This document shows positions 1-9,436 of a DNA stretch of 64,000 bases, piece after piece (the stretch's first letter is position 1; each line of letters starts with the position of its first letter). Origin of the DNA: an uncultured Spirochaetales bacterium (GTDB taxonomy: Bacteria; Spirochaetota; Spirochaetia; SPDA01; CAZSGZ01); the NCBI GenBank assembly GCA_964458315.1, contig CAYWIK010000005.1, positions 4,122 through 68,121 of the forward strand, written 5' to 3'. The position numbers and the translations under genes are program-made. The notes below the pieces were generated by a model. The model was given only the letters and a program-made list of their open reading frames with translations. It did not search any database and was not told where the DNA came from.

Positions 1-310
1 TTCCCTTTTCGACCGGAATCGTCACGCTCGGTCCTATAATGCTCGATTTAATATGCGCCGCTGAATTCCCCTCCATGTGGGCGTATCCGTTTTTGAAAGG
101 AACAATTGTATTGAGTTCCTTTATGATGTCTTGCACGACCGAGGGATCCGCGGCTTCGTTGATGGTAATGCCCGCCGTCGTGTGGGGGCAGTACACCGTG
201 CACAACCCCTCGTCTATACCGATCCCGGCAAGAATATTCTTTACTTCGGAGGTAATATTGACGAATTCTACATTATCACGGGTGCGAAGATTGAAATTTT
301 TAGCAGCCAT
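1..310 (-). CDS. yjbQ: YjbQ/UPF0047 family protein (secondary thiamine-phosphate synthase-like), 3' end runs off the window
   Basis: Not in the ORF track; hand-translated: MAAKNFNLRTRDNVEFVNIT...YCPHTTAGITINEAADPSVVQD...HMEGNSAAHIKSSIIG. The PHTTAG-INE and GNS-AH-KS motifs are typical. AGGAGG SD lies upstream of the ATG at 310. Confidence 0.9.
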   Translation of the reverse strand, partial: MAAKNFNLRTRDNVEFVNITSEVKNILAGIGIDEGLCTVYCPHTTAGITINEAADPSVVQDIIKELNTIVPFKNGYAHMEGNSAAHIKSSIIGPSVTIPVEKG

Positions 311-328
311 AAACACCCTCCTGCGGGA

Positions 329-1750
329 TTACTGAATTTTCCCGCTTTTTAACATTTCGACCGCTTCCTGAAGGGCGAGATCGTATTCGAGGTCATATAC
401 CGGTGGAGAATCGTTTGTTTTATTTAGTTCATTCCGGATCATTTTTCTCAATATCCTCTCTTCCAAGACGATTCCTTCGTTTTTAAGCTTATGAATAAAC
501 CGGTTGATTTCCCCGGAGGTAAGGGGCCTGTTTTTTTCAACAAAATCGGAAATAGTCTGTTCTTCAAGAAGTTTTCTATACGAAGCACGCTCTTCTTCGT
601 TGAGTTCCGGCTCTTTCACTTCTTTATCCGGTTCGATGCCGATTTTATCAATATTAGTTCCGGATGGCGTATAATATCTCGACATGGTAAGCTTAAAGCC
701 GCCCTCTCCAATGTATTTTATCTGCTGCACCGATCCTTTACCGAATGTAGTTTCCCCGATGAGATATGCCCTGTCTCGGTCCTTGAGGGCCCCCGCAAGA
801 ATTTCCGAGGCGGAAGCCGATCCCTTGTCAATCAGTACTACGATCGGTATCTTTTTATTGATTTCTATTTCCGGCTCAGCCGTGTATACCATGTTCTCGG
901 AAGAAATTCTCGAACGGGTGCTGACGATGATCCCTCCGGAAAGGAAGTAATCCGCAACGTCCACCACGGAAGTGAGAAGTCCCCCGGGGTTGTTTCGGAC
1001 ATCGATAATAAGAGCGTTAAAATTTCGGTCCTTAAAGTACTTTAAAGCATCGAGCACACGTTCATCCGTCAGTGGAGTAAATTGGATAATACGAAGATAA
1101 CCGATTCCGCCGGGAATCATATCGTGTTTCGTCGTTGGTACCTCGATTATTGCTCGTGTCAAGGTAACGGGAAACTCGATATCCTTGCCGCGCAGGATGG
1201 TGATCGAGACATCCGTACCGGGAGTGCCGCGAAGCCGGTCTACAACCTCGTCGAGATCCATGTCCTTCGTCGTTTCTCCCTCGATTGCAGTAATCAAGTC
1301 GCCCGCGTGTATTCCGGATTTTGCCGCAGGCGTGTCTTCGATAGGCGCAACGACGCGGACATAGGGAGAATAGTCTTCCTCAACGGCTTCTTCCCTCCCT
1401 CCCCCTCGTTCGGATTTGGATATATAGAGGCCTACGCCTCCGAATTTTCCCGATGTCGTGTCGGTCAAATCCTGCATCTCTTGTTCAGTGAGATAGGTGG
1501 AATGCGGATCGTCGAGACTTTCGAACAATCCGTTTACTGCGCCTTCAAAGAGCACTTCGGGTTCCACTTCGTCTACATAATTTTCATGGACAAATCTGAA
1601 TACCTGTTCGAACAGGCTTATATATCGCTGGATGCTTCGGTTTGACGAATCTGCGAATGCGCCCGGCGCAAAGACTAAGAGGGCGGTACAGAGAAGGATG
1701 ACCGCGGTCAAACTGAACCAGGTTATTCGTTCTTTTTGTTGTTTTCTCAT
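329..1750 (-). CDS. ctpA: S41 family C-terminal processing protease (CtpA) with PDZ domain
   Basis: Signal/TM N-terminus, LDDPHSTY, PDZ, DVRNNPGG, catalytic SASASE and GKGSVQ. Confidence 0.95.
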   Translation of the reverse strand: MRKQQKERITWFSLTAVILLCTALLVFAPGAFADSSNRSIQRYISLFEQVFRFVHENYVDEVEPEVLFEGAVNGLFESLDDPHSTYLTEQEMQDLTDTTSGKFGGVGLYISKSERGGGREEAVEEDYSPYVRVVAPIEDTPAAKSGIHAGDLITAIEGETTKDMDLDEVVDRLRGTPGTDVSITILRGKDIEFPVTLTRAIIEVPTTKHDMIPGGIGYLRIIQFTPLTDERVLDALKYFKDRNFNALIIDVRNNPGGLLTSVVDVADYFLSGGIIVSTRSRISSENMVYTAEPEIEINKKIPIVVLIDKGSASASEILAGALKDRDRAYLIGETTFGKGSVQQIKYIGEGGFKLTMSRYYTPSGTNIDKIGIEPDKEVKEPELNEEERASYRKLLEEQTISDFVEKNRPLTSGEINRFIHKLKNEGIVLEERILRKMIRNELNKTNDSPPVYDLEYDLALQEAVEMLKSGKIQ

Positions 1751-1759
1751 CTTGCCTTT

Positions 1760-1787
1760 ATTCTAGGGCTGAAGAGGAAATTGTCAA
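1760..1787 (-). promoter_or_regulatory. sigma70 promoter of ctpA (TTGACA-N16-TAGAAT), 9 nt from the ATG
   Basis: Read directly; no SD between -10 and start. Confidence 0.7.
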
Positions 1788-1814
1788 GACAGGCAAATTA
1801 TATCCCCGCGACGC

Positions 1815-1843
1815 TTGACTGTTCATTCCGAAGTTCGTAAACT
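1815..1843 (+). promoter_or_regulatory. sigma70 promoter (TTGACT-N17-TAAACT), 10 nt before ATG 1854
   Basis: The TTG used as start in the ORF track is the -35 hexamer. Confidence 0.65.
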
Positions 1844-1853
1844 CCGCAAACAG

Positions 1854-2273
1854 ATGATGACGAGACGCCCCATATTTTTTATCGGTGTAGTGTATGAACT
1901 GTTCCGGTTCGGTTTTCTATTTATTTTTGGCCTCGGTGTTCTCACCCCGGCATTCGATCAAGTTTATATCTTGATGATTATGATTCTCTCTTCTCCGGCC
2001 CTCTTAATGGCTGCCGGGTTTCTCGTTTTTGCTCTTTTCCCTGAAACCTATTTTCAGTTCCGCAAACTCCTCGCCCTCGGCAAACTATTGGAAATGTTTC
2101 CTCTCCTGTTTGCATTGCTCAATTCGATTGGAATCATCACCTTTGCGGGCGCCGAAAGGCAGTTTGCAAATGTAGGCCTCCTCTTTGCGGTTCTGCTTCT
2201 TTTAGATTTGCTTTTCTTTTTCTTTTTAGTATCATATAAACGTATGAATGAGATCGAGGTAAAGGAGCAATAG
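1854..2273 (+). CDS. Hypothetical membrane protein (about 4 TM)
   Basis: Hydrophobic ORF; start moved to 1854 from promoter position; stop abuts the next ATG. Confidence 0.75.
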   Translation: MMTRRPIFFIGVVYELFRFGFLFIFGLGVLTPAFDQVYILMIMILSSPALLMAAGFLVFALFPETYFQFRKLLALGKLLEMFPLLFALLNSIGIITFAGAERQFANVGLLFAVLLLLDLLFFFFLVSYKRMNEIEVKEQ

Positions 2274-3416
2274 ATGCAAATTGTCCCTATTGCCAGCGGC
2301 AAAGGGGGGGTCGGTAAATCGTTGTTGGCGGCCAATATTTCTCTGGCACTGGCGCAGGCCGGGAAACGGGTCATTGTTGCCGATCTGGATTTAGGCGGCT
2401 CAAACCTGCATCTCATCTTAGGGATAATGGGAATAAAGAAAGGGATCGGCACCTTTCTAAACGATTCTTCTATGGATTTTCAGGAAATTGTCCTGGATAC
2501 GGAATATAAAAATCTCAAATTTATCCCCGGGGATACGGAAATTCCCGGGGCGGCAAACCTAAAAACGTTTCAGAAGAAGAAACTCCTCCGAAGGTTGTTG
2601 GCTCTTGACGCGGACTACCTGATCATGGACCTCGGTGCGGGAACCAATTTCAATACGATTGATTTTTTTCTCATTTCCGGAAACGGAATTGTCGTGACTG
2701 CACCAACGCCGACTGCGAATCTCAACGCGTATCTTTTTATTAAAAATGTTGTGTTCCGGATTATGCATTCTTCATTTAAAAAAGATTCGAAAGCCCAGGA
2801 GTATATAAATTCACTTCTCAAAAGCGGTACGACCTTTCAGCAGATTTATATGCCGAAACTTTTAACGGCTATCAGCGAACGCGATCCTGAGAGCTATGCT
2901 CAGTTTCAGAAAAAAGCTTCCTCCTTTCAACCAAGGCTCGTACTCAATCTTCTCGATGACCCAAAGGACGCGAACAAGGCAAAACGGCTCAGTCGGTCAT
3001 GTAAGGAGTATTTGGGAGTGGATATGGAACATTTAGGGATTATTTATCGTGACGAGCTTCAGGACGTGGCCCTCCAGAGCAGGCTGCCGATCATTCTGTA
3101 TAAACCGGATACCGTGCTTTCGCAGGCGATTTACCGAATCGCGGACAAGCTGGTCCAAACGGAAGAAGAAAGCCCCGGACCGGTGGATTTCGGAAATCTG
3201 GAAGAAGGTTATCAAGAGGCTGAAATCGAGGCCGAAGTCGATTTCGAAACAAAATTACGCTATATGGAAGACCTTCTCCACAGCGGAGCTCTCACTAAGG
3301 GAGACTTGGTCGAGACGATAAAGACTCAGCAGTATGAAATAAATCAGCTGCGGAAAGAAAATACATTTTTAAAGACAAAACTAGTTCGAGCAATCGAAGC
3401 CGGGTTTGACGGCTGA
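2274..3416 (+). CDS. MinD/FlhG/ParA-family P-loop ATPase with C-terminal coiled coil
   Basis: Deviant Walker A SGKGGVGKS, ADLDLGGSNL, DLGAG; C-terminal QQYEINQLRKENTFLKTKL. Confidence 0.9.
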   Translation: MQIVPIASGKGGVGKSLLAANISLALAQAGKRVIVADLDLGGSNLHLILGIMGIKKGIGTFLNDSSMDFQEIVLDTEYKNLKFIPGDTEIPGAANLKTFQKKKLLRRLLALDADYLIMDLGAGTNFNTIDFFLISGNGIVVTAPTPTANLNAYLFIKNVVFRIMHSSFKKDSKAQEYINSLLKSGTTFQQIYMPKLLTAISERDPESYAQFQKKASSFQPRLVLNLLDDPKDANKAKRLSRSCKEYLGVDMEHLGIIYRDELQDVALQSRLPIILYKPDTVLSQAIYRIADKLVQTEEESPGPVDFGNLEEGYQEAEIEAEVDFETKLRYMEDLLHSGALTKGDLVETIKTQQYEINQLRKENTFLKTKLVRAIEAGFDG

Positions 3417-3434
3417 ATTTATAGACAGAATATT
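3406..3434 (+). promoter_or_regulatory. Possible sigma70 promoter (TTGACG-N17-AATATT), 6 nt before the fapA ATG
   Basis: Good -35, weaker -10, no SD. Confidence 0.45.
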
Positions 3435-3440
3435 AGAGTT

Positions 3441-6398
3441 ATGAGTGAAACTGAATTACGAGGAACCGTACAGATTGAAATAGACGGTTCGGGGCTGGAA
3501 GCGCGTCTGGTATATCTCCCCGACGAACAGGGGGATGTGTGGGACAAAGAAAAAATATTAAATCTCTTTTCTCAAAACCGCATCACCGAAGGGTTTAAAG
3601 GCGATGCGATCGATGGGTTTTTGAAAAACCCTCCCAAACCCGGAGAGGACGGCAGAATCACTGTTTCGGCGGCTGAAGGCGTACCTCCGGAGCCGCCGAA
3701 AGACGAAGAGGCGGAGTGGATTGAACTGCCGATACCGGAAGAACTTGAGGAGGAGGCGAAACAGGTCTTTGCGGAAGCCGGTGAGCCGGAAATCATCCAA
3801 AACCGGGTCGAGAAAGTCCAGAAAAAGAAAAAGGTCGAGAAAAAGCAGAAACTCGGCTTTTTGCCCGCGAAAGAAGAGATTGTCACGGTAATCGAAAAAA
3901 GGGAAGTCCCCGAGGCGGTCAAGGTAGACCCCGCGGTGGTAGGGACCGGATGGGTCGAAGAAGGGATGAAAATCGCAACGGTATACCCGGGCCGGCCGGG
4001 AAAAATGGGGAAGGATATTTACGGTACCCCGTTGATGCCGGAACGGGAGCCCGCGATCGCCGTATATCCCGGTAAAGGGGTGGAAAAGCGGCGGAACGAT
4101 GTCGTTGCAACGGCAACGGGTTTTTTCAGAAGGGGGGCCGACTGGGCCGAAGTTATCCCTTTCTCCGCCCATTCGTGGGAGGTCGATCTTTCCACTGACA
4201 AGGCCACGGCGCTCCTCGATTTTTCTCCCGGCGACTCCCGGGCGGCCCTTCCGAGGGGAGAAAAAATCATCGAGGCGGCGAAAGGAAAAGGGGCCGATCC
4301 GGATACCCTTATCGAACCCGATGAGGTTGACCGTATCCTTAAAAAAGCCCTGGAAAAAGGACAAGAGGTCAAGGGCCGCTCCATCAGTATCGATGAAGAC
4401 GGGGAGGTCGAAATATCGGTTTCGGAAGACAGCATGAAGGCGACCCTCACCATAAAAAAGGGGAGGGGAAATGGGAAACCTCTCGATTTGAAGGAAGTAG
4501 GCACGGCCCTGCGGGAAAGCGGGGTTAGGGGTTTTAAATCCGACAAAGTAAAAAATGATATTCTGGCTTTCTACCGGAGCACCGAGCAGGTGCTCGATTC
4601 CTATCTCCTTGTCGAGGGTACCCCGCCGGAACAGCCGGACACTCCTGAGTTCGTGGTAAATATAAAATTTTTATCCGAGAAAGAACGGGACGCCCTTAAA
4701 AACAGACTCGCCGGCTTAATGTCCGCGGAAATGGGAATTACTTCAGAGGATGAGTTTCCCCTCGATAACGTGGAAGAAATGGGCTATGTAGTCCGGCACC
4801 AGCCGATTGGACATTTCGAAAAACAGCAGAAAGGAAAAAATGGAAGGAACGTATACGGAAAAGAGGTCCCGGCAGCGGACCCTCCCAACCCGATGGTAAA
4901 AACCTTTGAGAATGTGTTAACCGAGGGAGAGGAGTATACCGCGGAAGTTTCCGGAGTGCTGGAAAAAGGAATTGCAAACGGCGCTCTTATGCTTCGAATT
5001 CGGCCGTATCGAGACGGCGAGATGGAGATCAGGACCGCCGAAGATATGATGAAAGCATTCCTCACGATTATACCGCCGGAAGGAGCGGGGAAAGGGATCG
5101 CCCCGGAGCAAATTTGGACAAAAATCAAAGAACGGGGCATAATAAAAGGGCTCAAAGAAGAAATAATCGAGAAGGCGATAGAAACTGCAAAAAAAGGCGA
5201 ACCCGTTGAAAATCTGCTTATAGCGGAGGGGCAGGAACCGAGGCACGCGAGTAAAAACCAGATTAAATTTTTTGTCGAGTTCGCTGCTGACTCAAAGGTC
5301 ACCATAAAACAGGACGGTACTGCCGATTATAAAAATCTGAACAAACTTACTGCGGTAAACCGCGGCCAGCCGATTGCTCAAATCCTGCCCCCGGAGGAAG
5401 CCGGCGAGGACGGCTGGGATATTACGGGAAAGACCATAAGCGCCCGCAGTTTTCAAGGGTTTGATCTGGAAATCGGAGAGAATATTGTAAAAAAAGAACA
5501 GGAAGACGGTGGTTTTACCCTTATTGCGGACAGGGACGGAAAGCTGGTATACGATAAAAAATCGATAGCAATTCAAAATATTCACCTAGTCGATGGAAAC
5601 GTGGGCGTAAAAACCGGGAACGTAAAATTTAAGGGGCTGATACAGATAAAAGGAAGCGTTGAGAGCGGCTTTTCCGTAGTTGCCGGAGATGCTATTCAGG
5701 TAGGAGAAGGGGTCGAAGGCTCCCTTCTTTCCGCGGAAGGGGATATTCTAATCGGCCACGGGGTGAAAGGCGGAGGAAAAGCGGTAATACGCGCAAAGGA
5801 AAACATCAAAGCCGGGTTTGTGGAAATGTCCACCCTGCTGTCGGTCAAAGATATTATGATTAAAAATTTTTGTTTCCGGTCGGTGGTCAAATGTAACGGC
5901 AGGTTTCAGCTTATGTCGGAGAAGGGCCATCTCGTGGGCGGTACGGTACGGAGCAAGTTGGGGATTGACGTAATGAATCTCGGTTCGGACAAAGGAGTAA
6001 AAACGCAGGTTTGTTTCGGGCAGGATTATCTTATCGCGGACCAGATTGAAATCGAAGAGCGGGAAATTCAAAAAATCAAAGACAAACTTCTCACTTTCGA
6101 TGTGTATATGCATAAAATGGAAAAACAGGGCGATCGCAGCCGGCTGGAGAAGGCGCGCAAAGAAAAACATAAACTTATGAAAGTCCTGGAAAAACGAGGA
6201 TTACGGCTTTTCACTCTTCGGGAAAAGTTCGAAGAACACTTTCCTTCCGAGGTCCGTGTGAGAGGGACCTTGTATCCCGGGGCGGTAATAGAGAGTCACG
6301 GAAGATATTTCGAGTCGAAGGAGGAAAAAAAAGGCATTACTATCGTCTTTAATTCGGAATCCGGACAGCTGGAAGAAAAAGCGAATAAAGAAAAATAA
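3441..6398 (+). CDS. FapA/DUF342 family protein (flagellar assembly protein A-like), with repeated N-terminal domains
   Basis: Repeated (V/I)xxSxDxMKAxL-type modules, GxDxxG motifs, beta-helix VDGNV...TGNVKFKG, C-terminal coiled coil. Confidence 0.85.
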   Translation: MSETELRGTVQIEIDGSGLEARLVYLPDEQGDVWDKEKILNLFSQNRITEGFKGDAIDGFLKNPPKPGEDGRITVSAAEGVPPEPPKDEEAEWIELPIPEELEEEAKQVFAEAGEPEIIQNRVEKVQKKKKVEKKQKLGFLPAKEEIVTVIEKREVPEAVKVDPAVVGTGWVEEGMKIATVYPGRPGKMGKDIYGTPLMPEREPAIAVYPGKGVEKRRNDVVATATGFFRRGADWAEVIPFSAHSWEVDLSTDKATALLDFSPGDSRAALPRGEKIIEAAKGKGADPDTLIEPDEVDRILKKALEKGQEVKGRSISIDEDGEVEISVSEDSMKATLTIKKGRGNGKPLDLKEVGTALRESGVRGFKSDKVKNDILAFYRSTEQVLDSYLLVEGTPPEQPDTPEFVVNIKFLSEKERDALKNRLAGLMSAEMGITSEDEFPLDNVEEMGYVVRHQPIGHFEKQQKGKNGRNVYGKEVPAADPPNPMVKTFENVLTEGEEYTAEVSGVLEKGIANGALMLRIRPYRDGEMEIRTAEDMMKAFLTIIPPEGAGKGIAPEQIWTKIKERGIIKGLKEEIIEKAIETAKKGEPVENLLIAEGQEPRHASKNQIKFFVEFAADSKVTIKQDGTADYKNLNKLTAVNRGQPIAQILPPEEAGEDGWDITGKTISARSFQGFDLEIGENIVKKEQEDGGFTLIADRDGKLVYDKKSIAIQNIHLVDGNVGVKTGNVKFKGLIQIKGSVESGFSVVAGDAIQVGEGVEGSLLSAEGDILIGHGVKGGGKAVIRAKENIKAGFVEMSTLLSVKDIMIKNFCFRSVVKCNGRFQLMSEKGHLVGGTVRSKLGIDVMNLGSDKGVKTQVCFGQDYLIADQIEIEEREIQKIKDKLLTFDVYMHKMEKQGDRSRLEKARKEKHKLMKVLEKRGLRLFTLREKFEEHFPSEVRVRGTLYPGAVIESHGRYFESKEEKKGITIVFNSESGQLEEKANKEK

Positions 6399-6406
6399 GT
6401 CTCTGC

Positions 6407-6435
6407 TTGATTTTACGGCTCTTTCCGGGTATTCT
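6407..6435 (+). promoter_or_regulatory. sigma70 promoter (TTGATT-N17-TATTCT) for the receiver/Hpt pair
   Basis: Followed by AGGAG SD and TTG start at 6466. Confidence 0.6.
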
Positions 6436-6465
6436 GGTTGCACGAAGTAATGTAGGAGAATCAAA

Positions 6466-6858
6466 TTGAAGATCCTGATTGTCGAAGACGAGTTTGGAAG
6501 CAGAAAGTTGCTGCAAAAATTTCTCTCTCCTTACGGAATCTGTGATTTGGCTGTAGACGGAGAAGAAGCGGTCGAAGCATTCGCGCTTGCGTTAAAAGAA
6601 AAGGAGCCTTACGATTTAATCTGCCTTGATATTATGCTGCCGAAAAAAGACGGGCAGACGGTATTAAAGGAAGTACGAAAAATAGAAGCCGATGCGGGGA
6701 TTCAGGGGCTTTCAGGCGTCAAGGTTATCATGACCACCGCTTTAAATGATCCGAAAAATATCATACAGGCATTTAATTCACAATGTGAGGCATACATACC
6801 GAAACCTATATCGAAGCAGAAACTGCTCGAGGAAATGCGGGGTCTTAGTCTCCTTTGA
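6466..6858 (+). CDS. Single-domain response regulator (CheY-like receiver)
   Basis: ILIVEDE, phosphoacceptor CLDIMLP, MTTA, YIPKP. Confidence 0.92.
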   Translation: MKILIVEDEFGSRKLLQKFLSPYGICDLAVDGEEAVEAFALALKEKEPYDLICLDIMLPKKDGQTVLKEVRKIEADAGIQGLSGVKVIMTTALNDPKNIIQAFNSQCEAYIPKPISKQKLLEEMRGLSLL

Positions 6859-6884
6859 AGGAATTCTTTGCATGAGGATACTGC

Positions 6885-7250
6885 ATGTCCGGCGATATTG
6901 ATAAAAACGTTTTGCTAAGCAGGGAAACCGCCCTCGATCACGTGCAGGGAGACGAAGAGTTTCTCAATGAGATTTATCAAATTTTTCTCGAGGAAATTCC
7001 CGGTAGAATAGAAATGTTTCAGCAAGCATTGAATGATCATAATATTAATGAACTGATCAGTCTGGCCCATTCGTTAAAGGGAGTTTCACTGACTATCGGC
7101 GCAGGCTCCTGTCATGATATTGCCGAACGAATGGAAATGGCGGCCCGGGCCGATAAAATAGACAGAGTAAAGCAACTCTATCCGGAGTTAGAGCAAATTC
7201 TGTTAAAACTCAAGGAACGGCTTTCGGATATTATTAACAAATACTCTTGA
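6885..7250 (+). CDS. Standalone Hpt (histidine phosphotransfer) protein
   Basis: AHSLKGVS motif in a helical acidic domain. Confidence 0.9.
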   Translation: MSGDIDKNVLLSRETALDHVQGDEEFLNEIYQIFLEEIPGRIEMFQQALNDHNINELISLAHSLKGVSLTIGAGSCHDIAERMEMAARADKIDRVKQLYPELEQILLKLKERLSDIINKYS

Positions 7251-7275
7251 CAATATCTGTTTATATAGGTATATT
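7247..7275 (+). promoter_or_regulatory. sigma70 promoter of fur (TTGACA-N17-TATATT)
   Basis: Consensus -35 with 17-nt spacer. Confidence 0.8.
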
Positions 7276-7280
7276 GTTAA

Positions 7281-7295
7281 TGATAATTATTATCA
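7281..7295. promoter_or_regulatory. Fur box, perfect 7-1-7 (TGATAAT-T-ATTATCA)
   Basis: Exact inverted repeat over the predicted TSS of the fur gene. Confidence 0.88.
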
Positions 7296-7322
7296 ATAAA
7301 TGATTATGAAGGGCATGAGATT

Positions 7323-7796
7323 ATGGTAGATCCCCGAATTTGTCGCGGTTACTACGGCAGGTTTAAGCGAAAAGGGTTGCGAATGACCCTGCCGCGGCAG
7401 GTAATTCTCGAGGTGCTTGACACCACAGACCAAAAGTATATGACCGCGGAAGAAGTCTATATGAGGGTGCATGAAGAATATCCGGGGATCGGGCTCGCAA
7501 CGGTGTATCGGACCCTCAACCTGCTATCCGACATGGGGCTTGTCTCGAAATTTGAATTCGGGGAAGGAAAGGCCCGTTATGAACTGACGGAACGGGGACA
7601 GAGGGAAAAACATCACCACCTGCTCGTTTGTTCACACTGTTTTCGCGTGATCAAATATTCCGATTTTTCGGAGGAGGAGCAGAAAGTATATGCTGATATC
7701 GAAGCGAAGCTGGAAAAAACATACGATTTTGCCGTTAAGCGGCATGTGGTCCAGTACTACGGTATTTGCGCCGAGTGCCGGAAAACCGGCGAGTAA
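7323..7796 (+). CDS. fur: Fur family transcriptional repressor
   Basis: RMTLPRQVILEVL, GLATVYRTL, HHHLLVCSHC, and C-terminal CAEC (two CxxC). Confidence 0.93.
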   Translation: MVDPRICRGYYGRFKRKGLRMTLPRQVILEVLDTTDQKYMTAEEVYMRVHEEYPGIGLATVYRTLNLLSDMGLVSKFEFGEGKARYELTERGQREKHHHLLVCSHCFRVIKYSDFSEEEQKVYADIEAKLEKTYDFAVKRHVVQYYGICAECRKTGE

Positions 7797-7822
7797 AGGA
7801 AATTTATTTTTTTCAGGATAAG

Positions 7823-7837
7823 TGATAATAATTATTA
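7823..7837. promoter_or_regulatory. Second Fur box (TGATAAT-A-ATTATTA, one mismatch)
   Basis: In the 65-bp gap upstream of the DUF5320 gene. Confidence 0.75.
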
Positions 7838-7861
7838 AAATCAAGTTTGGAGGTATAGATT

Positions 7862-8224
7862 ATGCCAAGAGGAGACGGAACAGGACCGAGCGGTTTCGGA
7901 CCGATGACAGGAAGAGGTTTAGGATTTTGCGCCGGATACGATACCCCCGGGTTTACGCAGCCGGGATTCGGCGGACGAGGATACGGCCGCGGTTACGGCT
8001 ATGGGCCTGGGCGCGGGTTTCGGAGCTATTATGGTTACGGACGAGGCTTGAGGAGAGGCTTCGCTCCCGGTGCACCGGCTGCGCCTTGGAGCGGGTACAG
8101 CTATCCCGCTTATTCCGAAGAGGATGAAAGAAACATGCTCAAGGACGAAGCCGAGTTCTTGCGCGAGCGGCTCGATTCGGTAGAGAAACGGCTGTCGGAA
8201 ATGAAAGAAAAGGACGAGTCATAG
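7862..8224 (+). CDS. DUF5320-like Gly/Arg/Tyr-rich small protein
   Basis: MPRGDGTGPxGxGPMTGRGLGFCAG start, GRGYG repeats, C-terminal coiled coil; GGAGG SD. Confidence 0.85.
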   Translation: MPRGDGTGPSGFGPMTGRGLGFCAGYDTPGFTQPGFGGRGYGRGYGYGPGRGFRSYYGYGRGLRRGFAPGAPAAPWSGYSYPAYSEEDERNMLKDEAEFLRERLDSVEKRLSEMKEKDES

Positions 8225-8225
8225 C

Positions 8226-8585
8226 ATGAAGGTATGTATCACAGCAAAAGGAAAAGAGCCGACATCGGAAGTGGACCCGCGTTTCGGCCGGGCCCAGTAT
8301 TTCGTGTTTGCCGATACCGAGACGGACGATTTTGAAGCAGTGGAAAACCCGGCGGTCAGCGCTCCGGGCGGGGCGGGGGTCCAGGCGGGTCAGCTAGTCT
8401 CGGAGCGCGGCGTTAAGACGGTACTAACCGGCAATGTAGGGCCGAATGCGTTTCAGGTCTTAGACGCCGCCGGTATACGGATTGTCACCGGCGTCGGCGG
8501 AACCGTTGAAAAGGCGAAAAAAGATTTTATCGACGGTATTTACGACGGCAAAGAGACCTCTGGCCCCACGGTCAAGGGAAAATGA
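8226..8585 (+). CDS. NifB/NifX-family (COG1433, Orange protein-like) metal-cluster-binding protein
   Basis: VDPRFGRAQYF, GGAGVQAGQ, VLTGNVGPNAF. Confidence 0.9.
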   Translation: MKVCITAKGKEPTSEVDPRFGRAQYFVFADTETDDFEAVENPAVSAPGGAGVQAGQLVSERGVKTVLTGNVGPNAFQVLDAAGIRIVTGVGGTVEKAKKDFIDGIYDGKETSGPTVKGK

Positions 8586-9436
8586 GAATTGCCGTTGCAA
8601 GCGGCAAGGGAGGGACCGGAAAAACCACCCTTGCCGTCAATCTCGCCCTCTCACTCGATGGTGAAGTCTGTCTTGCGGACTGCGATGTCGAGGAGCCGAA
8701 CGACCACCTTTTTATTCAGGTACCGGTGGAGGGCGAGAAAGCCGTTCATGTACAGATACCGGTTATAAACGAAGAGCGCTGCACGGCGTGCGGAAGGTGC
8801 GTGGACATTTGCGAGTTCAACGCTCTTGCCGTGATCGGCGGCCAAGTGCTGGTATTCGAACAGCTTTGCCACGGATGCGGAGGCTGCAGCCGTTTCTGCC
8901 CCGAGAAAGCGATTACTGAACGGGAACGGGAAATCGGAACCGTATTGTGGGGCAGGCAGGAAAACCTGCATTTTATTTACGGTCGACTCAATATTGGAGA
9001 GGCACTCGCTCCCCCGGTCATTCGTGCAGTTCAGCATCGTATTCCGAAAACCGGAACGATCATCATCGACAGCCCTCCGGGTACGACCTGCTCCATGGTG
9101 CAGGCAGTGGCGGACTCCGATTACTGCATTCTGGTTGCCGAGAATACCCCCTTCGGGCTCCATGACGCGAAAATTGCGATACAGGCGGTGGCCAACCTCG
9201 ATGTTCCCCTCGGCGTGGTGATCAACCGGTACGATACCGGAGCAAGCGGTCTTGAAGCATTTCTCGAATCGGAAAAAATTCCCGTACTCATGCGGATTCC
9301 CTTTAATGAAGAAATTGCCAGGCTCTACTCAAGGGGTATTCCCTTTGTAACGGAACTAACTGAATACCGCCGTAAACTGATTGATCTTGCGGAACAGGTA
9401 GGAAAAGAAGTTTCGGTAAGCAGGGGGAGCCGATGA
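8582..9436 (+). CDS. MinD-like P-loop ATPase with inserted 2x[4Fe-4S] ferredoxin (COG1149), copy 1
   Basis: SGKGGTGKT, DCDVEEPN, CTACGRCVDIC, CHGCGGCSRFC, DSPPGTTC. Confidence 0.92.
   Translation: MRIAVASGKGGTGKTTLAVNLALSLDGEVCLADCDVEEPNDHLFIQVPVEGEKAVHVQIPVINEERCTACGRCVDICEFNALAVIGGQVLVFEQLCHGCGGCSRFCPEKAITEREREIGTVLWGRQENLHFIYGRLNIGEALAPPVIRAVQHRIPKTGTIIIDSPPGTTCSMVQAVADSDYCILVAENTPFGLHDAKIAIQAVANLDVPLGVVINRYDTGASGLEAFLESEKIPVLMRIPFNEEIARLYSRGIPFVTELTEYRRKLIDLAEQVGKEVSVSRGSR

Noticed and set aside
6466-7250. Chemotaxis operon
   Set aside because: No cheA, cheW, cheR, cheB or MCP genes; only a generic receiver and Hpt.
8226-8585. NifB/NifX domain as evidence of nitrogen fixation
   Set aside because: No nifHDK or nifEN in the window; the context matches the ORP/COG1149 module.
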